A stretch of DNA of 64,000 bases, from contig NC_043000.1 of NCBI RefSeq assembly GCF_006345805.1, forward strand, positions 85,560,001 through 85,624,000. Direction: 5' to 3'. This document shows positions 23,301 to 35,300 of this stretch, in pieces. The notes under the pieces are model-generated. The model ran no database searches, was not told the DNA's origin, and saw only the letters and a list, made by a program, of their open reading frames with translations. Numbering within the stretch: the first letter of the stretch is position 1; each line of letters starts with the position of its first letter. A program made the translations under genes and the position numbers. Origin of the DNA: Octopus sinensis (lineage: Eukaryota).

Positions 23301-26300
23301 CCTAATATTAAACTCAAGCCTAACATATAAACCTAACATCTGATATTAAAGCAACACATATTATTCTCTGTATCATTGTTCAGGAGCAGAACAAGAACAG
23401 ATATGGAGATATATCTGGCATGAGTAACAGAATGAGAACAATTTACTCCTGTGGATCAAATAAAGCATGCAGTTTGAAATTGTGTGGACATTAATTGGTA
23501 TGGCAGTCACCACAAAGGGTTAGATAGTTTAATATTTAAAATATTTAACTATATACAAGACACCAGTCTGAATATAGCAGCAGTTGATCACAAAACTGTT
23601 CAATTCATGCTAGTATGGAAAACAAGCATAACTGTTATCCTTTCAAACTGTTCAACTAATGCTAGCATAGAAAACAGTTGTTATCCAATTTCATTAAATA
23701 CTATCAAATTAACTTCTTTCTTATCTATATGGCACGCAATTCATGTGAAGAACTTTGAAATCATTTGACTTAATTACTGGATACAAATATATATACCTAA
23801 TCCATGCTAGCATGAAAAGAAAAATGGATGTAAAACAGACATAAAATGAATGATACAGTTAAAAACTAATTTCTCCAGCATTTTTCACATTTCCTATATA
23901 AAATCAAATTCTTTAATACATGCAACAAGAACATGGTAGGTATTAAAGATATCAACCAATATATATTGGAGAGGTAACTAGACTGATATGAACATATGAT
24001 ATACATAGATGTTTATTGTTCGATGAAAAAGTCATGTATGCAATCATGTAAAATTCCTGTAGCAGAAGTAGACCGAAAAGGATATGGTAGCTAGTAGAGA
24101 ATCCTGATAGCAGGTTGTTAGGTACCATAGACAAGATGACAAAAGATTATGTATAATATGTTATGTAAAAGACTTATGCAAGCATGGAAAAAAATACTGA
24201 GTTGCCACTAAGAAGACTGAAAATTTTCTATGCAGTACAAAAGTTGTTTTTTTGTTACATATAGTTAACCAATTAGTGACCACTTCATCACAGAGACTTC
24301 TTTCTCTGAGAACCTTAACCCTTTTGTTACTATATGTATATCTGCTGATATGCACTGTCTTTCATTCGATTTTAAGAATGAAGAATTTGGTAAAATGACT
24401 GTTATTAAGCTGGTGTTTGGAACATAAATTAACATAGTAAATTTGATCACTTTAAAACAGGAATTTTGCATCATAAATCCAGGAGCAGTCCCAAGCAGGG
24501 CAGTATCAAAAGGGCTAAATGGTCCTCATGAGGTTATTTCATCCTAGATTCAAATAATAGCTTGCTTAATTATAATGATTTTAATATTGTTTTAAAGAAA
24601 AAAGCTGGAGAAATGTTGGAGTTCTTTAATATGCTATAATGAATGATAATTAGATATTCATTATATCATATTAAAGAACTCCAACATTTTGAGTATTATA
24701 GACAATAGCTTTTGAGCATGTTGTGAATGTAAGCAATACAAATGTTATTACATTTAAAATTTTTAAATGGAACCTTGCAGTATATATAGTCACAATGTAG
24801 AAAATATTTTGTTAAATCCTGCAATATCCATAAATAAAAAAATAAAATGGCTTGTCAGTATTATCAAACACTGAATTCAAGGAAACTTACCTAGCATCTC
24901 CTCTTATATGTAAACTGATATTTTCTTCCTTCAATTTAGCAGCTTCTACTTTGAGTTGTTCATTTTTAATAACCAACGTGGTGCTAGATTCAAATAACTT
25001 ATTGTCTGGAAAATGAAAACAGCACAAAATAAACATGGTGTGTTATTTTCCAAGAATAATTCTGATTTATCCTAAAATAGTTTTAATGTAAAACCATCTT
25101 CGGAAAATTAATTAAGGCAAAAGATATTAATGTTGTTATGCAGCCAGCTAATAGCCAAATATTAGCATTATGATTAAAACAATATTATTTTGTATTATAT
25201 CAACTTGTTTAACTGAGCACTACAAAAACTTGAGAAATTTCAAGCAAATAATGTTATCAAAATTAGTTGTAGTGGTAGAAAAAAAACCCAAGATCTTTGC
25301 AGACCCTTCTAGATTGTAGTGCTCAATGTAGTTGATGCTCAGTTTGAACATCTGTAGGTTAGATAAGGAGAGAATTCTATAGTGTAGTTTTGGGGAAAGA
25401 AGAATTGAATGCAATGTTTAGTTGGCATTTGGGTCATGAGATGTAGCCAAAAAGACAACTGAGAAAACAGATATTATACGAAAGTTTGGACAGTGGTGCT
25501 GTGCAGCTAGCTAGATCAGAGAGCAAGCAGAGAAAGGAAACAATATGCCATTGAACTAGTGGCTGTATCATTGGTGAGTGGGGTATTTTGAAATGGGATC
25601 TAGAATGTTTGTGCATGTAGTAGCAGTACAACCAGAAATGTGAGGAGAATGTGTGTACTGTAGCAATATAACCAGATATGAGAGGATTACACTGTTACAC
25701 TTGAATTTTTAAAGGGTCCAATGACTGGCATAGCAATATCATTGTAAACTGTTAAAAATGCAAAGGTGATACTGAAGAAAGATGCAATTATATAGAAGAA
25801 TCAAACTATGGATCAGGTTATGAAGGTCAGAGAGAGAGTCATACCACAATTGATTCATGACAGGGTAGACATAAATGAAATGCAGTTTGGTTTTGTGCCT
25901 GTGAAATGAATGACAGATGCAATCTTCCTAGTGAAGAAACTGCAGAAGTATTTTACTAAGAGTAAACCATTATCCCTGGCCTTTGTTGACCAGGAGAAGG
26001 CATTTGACAAGGTATCACACACAGTATTCTAGTGATCACTAAGGAAAACAGGCATTGATGAAATAATCTGTGAGCTGCATAACATTTTTTTTCTTTTGGA
26101 AAAATACTTTCTTTACATGTTTCATCTCACAAAACTGATTTACATCTCTCATATGCAATTGCTAGCTACATGGCAACCTCACCATTACCAGTGCCACAGA
26201 AAAAAAGCACCTAGTATACTTTGTAAAGAGGCTGGCAATAGGAAGAGCATCCAGTCATAGAAACAATACCAAAGCAGACACTGGAATATAGCACAGTCTT

Positions 26301-29300
26301 TTGACTCATCGGACCCTGCTGAACTGCCCAACTCATACCAGCATGGAAGATGGATGTTAAATGATAATGATAATGACAATATGTATATGGTAGATTTATG
26401 ATTAACCACAGCAATGAAATCCTACCAATGAAATTAATGACTGAGTGAGTGGGTATTGCATAGACAGTTATAGCTTTGATGCAATTCTTAAGCCGGATCA
26501 GTGTGATACACTACAGCAAGGTTAGAACTTTGAATTAAAAATACAATCAAAAGGAAAAGAAGCATCATGCCCCAGAGTTGAATTAATACTTTATTGATTT
26601 GAAAAGATTTGATCTCAGAGTGTGACATATATATATATATATATATATCATCATCATCGTTTAACATCCGCTTTCCATGCTAGCATGGGTTGGACGATTT
26701 GAGTGAGGTCTGGCGAACCAGATGGCTGCACCAGACTCCAATCTGATCTGACAGAGTTTCTATAGCTGGATGCCCTTCCTAACACCAACCACTCCACGAG
26801 TGTAGTGGATGCTTTTACGTGCCACCGACACGAGGGCCAGTTAGGTGGTACTGGCAACGGCCATGCTCAAATGGTGCTTTTTATGTGCCACCTGCACAGG
26901 AGCCAGTCCAGTGGCACTGGCAACGACCTCACTCAAATGTTTTTTTTTCACGTGCCACCAGCACAAGTGCTAGTAAGGCGATGCAGGTAACGATCACGCT
27001 CAAATGGTGTTTTTAACATGCCATCGGCACGAAGGCCAGCTTGTTGCTCTGACAATGATCTCACTTGTATGGTACTCATAGCGCTCCACTAGCAACGGAT
27101 GCCAGTCACCGAGTTTGATTTCGATTTCACTTGCCTCAACAGGTCTTCGCAAGCAGAGTTTAGTGTCCAATGACGGAAAGGCAAGTAGAAGTGGACTGGT
27201 TTCACCCCTGGCATAGGCTACAAGGTTATGGTCTCACTTGCGCTTGCCAAGTCTTCTCAAGCACAGCATATTTCCAGAGGTCCCGATCACTAGTCATTGC
27301 CTCGGTGAGGCCCAATGTTTGAAGGTTATGCTTCACCAACTCATCCCAGGTCTTCCTGGGTCTACCTCTTCCATAGGTTCCCTCAACTGCTAGGGTGTGG
27401 CACTTTTTCATACAGCTATCCACATCCATTCTCACCACATGACCATACTATCGCAGTTGTCTCTCTTGCACACCACATCTGATGCTTCTTAGGTCCAACT
27501 TTTCTCTCAAGAAACTAACACTCTGTCGAGTATGCACACTGACATTACACATCCATCGGAGCATGCTGGCTTCATTCCTTGCGAGCTTACACATGTCCTC
27601 AGCGGTCACAGCCCATGTTTCACTGCCATGTAGCATGGCTGTTCGTACACATGAGCGAGTGGCCCTTTGTCACCAGCAGAGGTAAGAGCTCTCTGAACTT
27701 AGCCCAGGCTATTCTTATTCTAGCAGCTACACTTTCAGCGCACCCTCCCCCGCTACTGACTTTATCACTGAGGTAACAGAAGCTATCAACTACTTCTAGT
27801 TTTTCTCCCTGCAATGTGGCAGAAGTTGTTCTCTGCACATTTTCAGTGTTATTTATAGCTCCCAAGCATCTGCCACATACAAAAGCTATCCTCCCAGTTA
27901 GCCTTCCTTTGATATTGCTGCACCTCTAGTGTCCATAGCTTACATTGGATACATCTTATAGAGTTTCTACCTACGCTTTCCTACAGATCGAGCAGGGCCA
28001 TCTACCTGAAGGGATTTGAAGTTTGCCTGCCTTCCTACTGATTACGACTTTGGTTTTAGCTAGGTTGACTCTAAGGCCCTTCGATTCTAATCCTTGTTTC
28101 CACACTTGAAACTTCTCTAGTTCTGATAGTGACTCAGCAATTAGAGCAAGGTCATCAGCATAGAGGAGCTCCCAGGGGCATCCTGTCTTGAATTCCTCCG
28201 TTATTGTCTGGAGAACTATGACAAATAGCAGGGGGCTGAGGACTGAACCTTGCTGGACCCCTACCTCTACCCGGAATTCTTCACTGTACTCATTGCCAAC
28301 CATCACCTTACTGACAGCATCCCTGTACATGGCTTGCACGGCTCTCACTAACCATTCATCTATCCCTAGTTTCCTCACTGACCACCAGATAAGGGACCAG
28401 GGGGCCCTGTCAAAGGCTTTCTCCATGTCAACAAAAACCAGGTACAGGGGCTTATCTTTGGCCAGGTATTTCTGCTGCAGCTGTCTAACCAGAAATATAG
28501 CATCAGTGGTGCTTTTCCCTGGCATGAAACCAAACTGCATCTCATCCAAACTGACTCTCTCCCTAATTAGTTGGGCTATGACCCTCTCCGTGATCTTCAT
28601 TACCTGATCCAACAACCTCTGAAATTATTTGTATCGAAAACATCACATTTACCTTTGTAGCAGTTGACTATTATGCTGCTACACCAGTCATTGGGTATGA
28701 CTTCTTCGTGTATCACCTGGTTAACTATACAGATGACCAAGCTATAGCCAACACTGCCAGACACAACACACATCAACATCATCTTCATAGTTTAATGTCT
28801 GCATACCATGCTGGTATGTGTTTGATGGTTTAATAGAATCCAAGTAGCCTGAGACCATGGTTTCTACAGCTGGGTGCCCTTACTAACACCAACTACTTTA
28901 CAGAATGTACTGGGTGTTTTTTTTCATGGCACCAGTTCAGGATGGTAGAGATGAGGTATCAGGGCACACCCTCAAGGTACAAGGTGGATAGAGACAGAGA
29001 ATTAAGGATGGTTGCATGGATAGGGGAGATGAGGTGAAGTGTAGGTGTTACAATATTGAGTATCTGGGAAGGTTCAACAGGTACAGATTGGGTGCAAGAA
29101 GTGGAATACACATTGGTGATATGCTTTTAGGACCTCATTTTTGCTGAGATGGATAGGTCTTCTCAATCATCTTAGTCCTTTGTCCTCTCCTCCTTGAGAC
29201 TCAACAATCTGAAGTCAGACCTTACTACTTTATCCCATGTCTTCCTGGATCAACTTCTTCCATGAGTACCATCCACATCTTGTGATTGATACTTCTTTAT

Positions 29301-32300
29301 GCAGCTGTCCTCATCCATATGCATCACATGAAATATACATATATATTATCAATGGGTTTCATCTTGCAAGTTACTTGGTAAACTCACTAGTGACAGTGCC
29401 ATGAAAAAAAGCACCCAGTTCACTCTGTAAAATGGTTATCATTAGGAAGAGCATCAAGCTACAGAAACTATGCCAAAGCAAATACTGGAATTTAATGGCA
29501 CATTGGATTGTCAAACCAGCCAACCTATATCAACATGGAATACAGATGTTAAATGATGATGATGATATGTACAAGAAGTCTGTGATAGTAAGAACTGATA
29601 ATAATATAATTAATTTAGAAATTTTTGCTTTCTATTATATCATTCAATATCCTATTTTTCAAAAAAAATGTTTGGAGAGGGTATCACTGAAATTGCAAAA
29701 TGTTCCCACTATTCTCATATTTAAATGTTCAGCACTTAATATTTAGAATGTGAACTGGCCATTCATCATATCTGTCATAGTGTAGCTAACTGATAATACC
29801 AGAAATTATACGTGGTACTGAGATTAACTATAAAGCTTCAGCTATCAAATCTTTCCTATTGCTTCTCCATAAAATTCATTTCCTGTTAGATGATCTTTTA
29901 TGCTACTTTCTTCCACAAAGTTTCAAGGGCATTTTTAAACATTTCAGTATTGTTTTGTACCATTATCTATTAGATAAGAAACTGGAAACTATCAAATTTA
30001 CAATCACAATGCAAGACAATCAAAGAAAAGTAAATGTCTATCAGAAATATCATCTCTTTGCTTTTGACATTAACCCATTACCATTTAAACTGGCTATATC
30101 AGGCCTAAACATTCTACCTGTTTTACATTTAATCTGGCTTCTCACACCCACCCAGCAATGTCATTCTAAATATAAATAATCACTTCATCAAAATCTTGAA
30201 GCTAAAAGATAATGCATAATTAATTCAAAACAGTGTGAACAAATAAGCATTACATTCGACAGAGTAATCTGAATGTTAAAAGGTTAAAGAGGGGATGCTA
30301 TGAACAGAATCTATTTGGGACAGACACTGTCAGATAAAACTAATATGAAGTGAAGAACGTTCTGACTGAAGAGTAGGTGCTGAAATGCTCATTTATGTCT
30401 TATTGCTACAAACAGTAAAAGTTAACTAAACATAACATGCAAAGCCACATATTTCCTGATGTGGAAGCACTCCGTCGGTTACGACGACGAGGGTTCCGGT
30501 TGATCCGATCAACGGAACAGCCTGCTCGTGAAATTAACGTGTAAGTGGCTGAGCACTCCACAGACACGTGTACCCTTAACGTAGTTCTCGGGGATATTCA
30601 GCGTGACACAGAGAGTGACAAGGCCGGCCCTTTGAAATACAGGTACAACAGAAACAGGAAGTAAGAGTGAGAGAAAGTTGTGGTGAAAGAGTACAGCAGG
30701 GATCACCACCATCCCCTGCCGGAGCCTCGTGGAGCTTTTAGGTGTTTTCGCTCAATAAACACTCACAACGCCCGGTCTGGGAATCGAAACCGCGATCCTA
30801 CGACCGCGAGTCCGCTGCCCTAACCACTGGGCCATTGCGCCTGATAGTAACAACTGCATTAACAAGTCTAGGATCAGGTTTGTGACAACACTATCAAGTG
30901 TGGGTATTACTTGATTATCCTAAAAGAATTTCAACATTCTTATTTCCATAGAGTTGCTAAAGAAACAATAAAACAAAGCAAGTACTAGAAGAGATGTGAT
31001 GTCATGGGCAACTAAATTGGCCAGAGATGCAAAGAAAATAGGTACAGGTTCTGGATAGTTAAGAAATCTAAAACTACGTTTAAAGCTATATTAATTAGCA
31101 GAGAACAGGAAAAAATTCATGAACTTGAATAAGCTACTTAGATTATTGAAATATAATATGGTAGTTACTGAGATCTCCACATCAGAGAATTAGTACACTA
31201 GCAGAAGATGCCATTGTATAGCCCACCACAACCAAAACAACAACAAAAAAAAAGAACTGTAGTTAAATGTAGAGCATTGAAATTATAATGGGTGAATTTC
31301 AGTACTTAGGTTATGAAGTGAAGAGACACATCAGTATTCAGGCAGGTTTAGGGTTAGCAAAATTTTCATGTGGATACACAATTCTTAAAAGTCCTATTAT
31401 GCAAATGATTTTTACAATGTGTTAAACAGACCAATAAAACAGCCAACTATTAATGAGGTATGATTGAGCACCAGATCAATATTATTCTGAAAAAGCCAAA
31501 ATGTAGATAAAAATATGAAAAATGTATTAACAATGACTTTATGTGAAATGTATAGTATATGAAAGATGGCTTTGTGACAAACAGTGGATGACTATATGAA
31601 AAATTATATACAGTTAGAGTGTTACAGAATCATTATTGCTACTTCCAGCTCAGGCGAATTATGGTAAACTTCAGTTGAATACTGATGGCCAGTCATTTAC
31701 AATAACATGGATACTTTACACAGGTATTTTGACTAAACATTATTTAAAATCTGGCTTCCATACCAACATGGATTGAACAGTTTAACAGGATCTGACAAGT
31801 TGGAGGACTACGTCAAATACCAATGTCTGCTTTGACATAGTTGTGGTGGCTGGATGCCCTTCTGAACGCTAACTACTTTACAGAGTGTACTGGATGCTAT
31901 TTTTGATGGCACCAGTACTAGGCAGGTTGCCATGAAGCTCACAGGACAAATAAAGCCCCCTCAACTAAGTGGGAGTGTAGCAGAGAAGGAGGTGGCTTTA
32001 TGTCAAGGTGATGAGAGGAACATTTCTGTCAAATAAAGCAAACTGATTCTTGACAACTGTTTTTCATCACAGCAATTATTTTCACAAGTTCAACTCCCAA
32101 GTATTTCAGTCCACATCATTCATGGAAATGCAACAATGAGAAAAATTTGGTACGGAGAAAGTTACATCACTTTGATGGCACATCATCAGCTTCAAGTACT
32201 GAGTGGATATAAAGAAAACTACATTGCTGAATTGCCAGGCTCAGCTAAACAACAATGATTCACTCCACTTACATCATTTCACCTTCCTTTTGCAGTCATT

Positions 32301-35300
32301 TTGCAAATTGACTTTACAATAATACTGCAATAAACTCACTTGCATTTTCATTACAATACTTTACAGATTCCATTTGCTGTCACAAAAACAAGCAGGTGAA
32401 GACATTGAATTGTGGGTGTTCAGTTCAATGTAGCTTTGCTGAACACAAGATTTTGGGCTTTATCTGTTGATTGTATTGAGAGAATAGTGTTAGAGAACGA
32501 TTTACAGATGGGACCTCCACTGACAATATTTCACAAATTTGTTTTTAAGAACTATTCACTGAATTTGAAAGATAGCCATCTATGCTTGTCCTCTGGAAGA
32601 TAGCAAACTGTAGAGGCTTACAAGCAATCTACCCATCCTCTCTAGAACTGAAAAAAAAAGTCCAGCTCCTTCATCAATAGACATACAGGGTGTTTGGGCT
32701 AAATCTGACAATTCTTTTAGGCCTCCTTTTTTCAAGAACAGCTTGATGTGTTGGTGAAGAGTCAACAGCATTGGCACTGGAAACCATCTAAATATAGAAG
32801 AGAGTTACCTGTACCAAAATGATTTGCACTAGGTATCAAAATGCTGATATCATGACTGTTGCTCAATGCTCTGAAAAACTCTGTAAATGCCATAAGACAT
32901 AATAGGGACAGCTGCAACAGACTACAAAGCTGTGATCAGCATGAAAGGACACAGCAGGCATTCTGACTGCACCCATATAGAATTCATCCTCACACCTTTG
33001 AACAGAGCCTGAGGCTCAATTCAGAGGCTATGTGAAGCTACTGGAGGGCCATGTGTGTAGCAGCAGAATTCAGCTCCTTGCATTACTTCTGGAAAGAGTC
33101 AGAAGTAGATGGAGAATTTCTACAACTTTATCAGCTCAAATTTCTGGCTTCCTAATTGCCCTGATGTATGTTTCTGCTGCACAGAAAACTAGCATTTACA
33201 TTTGTATCCACCTACTTTCGACTGGTTAGCAGTCCACACACTTGGTAAAATATTTGTAATCCAGTGAAGCGAACCCAGGATTTACCCATCAGATGAATTA
33301 CAATGGGATTGCTTACCTTAAGTAATCCTAGGTGCTCCTTTCAACTGGATGTGGTTAACCAGAACCCATATTATAACAGTGCTCGTACAGAACCTGCCTT
33401 GTCTTTCTGTGATGAGTACAAGTGGTAGTAATTGTAATAGTGATAAATAAATGTCATGTCAACTATTCACAAATTATAAATCACCACTTCTAAATGCCTA
33501 TTCACTTCCTAATATTGAATATCTTGTAGAGACAGCATCTAAAAGCAACATACCATCCAATGCCACTCCACAATAAGAAACACTATTTTTGAAGCTGATG
33601 GATAGTTATTCCAGTTTATAAAAGTTACCTTTCCCCATGACTAATGCCATATGCAATAATATCTTGAGAGTTCACTCAGTTCAATGATGTTCTTGTTGTT
33701 AGCAAAACTACTGAGGTACAGGATGGGAGTTGCTCCATGCAATTAAGTCACTTTTTTGTATAAGGAAAGACTAACTTTCAGCATCACTTGTCAACCTTGA
33801 TGGTTGAACATGGAGATATAGCTTGATCAGAGATTTCATCCGAACAAAATATAACAGTTATGGGCCAGCAATAGGAATCAAGAGAATGAAAATTATACGA
33901 AGATACAAGGCAAAAACTCAATTGCAATTTTATCTAGGCAGAAGGGGAGAACAGCAAATTCAAACATTAGAAGCATGAACTAACAGAAGCAGTAAGGTTA
34001 TGTACCAATTCAAGGAAGGATAATACTAAGGACATTTTCATAAACATGTTTAAGCTTGAACAATTTAAAAATGTACAAAAGTGTACATTCTAAAATCATT
34101 TGAAAATAATTTTCTTTTTCAGAGAAAAGACATTATTGAAATGATTGTTGGTTTAACATTAGTTAGGTTAGTATATGTAATAACTTAGATGAATGAATTC
34201 CATAAGAAGGCAATCATGAGAATGAAGATATTCAAGCAATGTTTGGTGAGATGAGAGTTCTACAGAATGACAGAGTGGCAAGAAATAAAGTGTAGGGGAA
34301 GACCGTTTTGTGTTGTTTTGTGCAACGCGAACAGCATGATTTGAAGAGCAAAACTATGCAGCAGCATTAGAAATGGCAAATGGAGGTTACAGGACAATAA
34401 AGTATGAAAGTTTTGGGGGAGAGGGTGTACAACAATAAAACAGAGTATAAATAAAACAAAGACAACTCCCCTCCCAGTATATTGTTTAGGTCAGCTGTTG
34501 TTTAGACCAGATAAACAATGTGCAAAGTAATGAAAAGTTGTAGGACCTTTAGAGACAGCAACTAAGAAATTAGAATGGTCTGGCATAATACTAATAATCA
34601 CCGACTGAGCAGTGATTGATATTAGAAAGCAAATCAAGGAAAACCTGAAAACAAAATAAAGGGGTAAGATTGAGAGAAATTAATACTACAGATAATCTGA
34701 CGTTATTAAACTAGTAATGATCACTGAATTGAAGAGTTCAGAAATGGTGAGCTTTTATGAACAACAGGCTAAAATGATCAGAGTCCAGAATGAGTATGAT
34801 ATTTGGATACAAGACAATTGTGGATAATTTCATGCAATAGAGGGTTTACTAGAAGTCACATTCTACAAATAGGTTGAATTAGTGTTTAGCTAACTTGGAA
34901 AAAAATTACTGACAGATTTATTTCATCAATTAATCCATTTAAAGAGATTCATGTGCCTTATTTAAGAGATGTATAATTAATGTTTCAAGTGCATTTGTAA
35001 TCATTACTGTCAAAGTTGAGAACTTAATTCCTATTTCAAGACTACGTTGTGATCGTGAAAAACAAAATATACATTTTTAACAATATTAAGCTAACACCCA
35101 GTTTGTACTAGCAAAGAAAAATACAGGTAATATGGTTAAATAAAGTTCTGCTGAAGTTTTACGAGAAAATAAATACAATATTGCGAACATACGAGTCGAC
35201 AAAATATTTATTAGTCAATTAAAAGGGGGAAAAGTCATCTCTAAGTCACTTTTGTATTGAACAGTAAATATTGAATTAATATTTAAGTTGAATAAGAAAT

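Noticed and set aside
23270-23340. CCTAAC-type motifs suggesting telomeric repeats
   Set aside because: Scattered and imperfect, with no tandem (TTAGGG)n array.
32622-32647. 26-nt possible poison exon in intron 1 (T-rich CAG acceptor, GTAAGC donor) within minus ORF 32580-32777
   Set aside because: It is frame-incompatible with exons 1 and 2, has no homology and has no expression evidence. Exon 1 splices cleanly to exon 2 without it.
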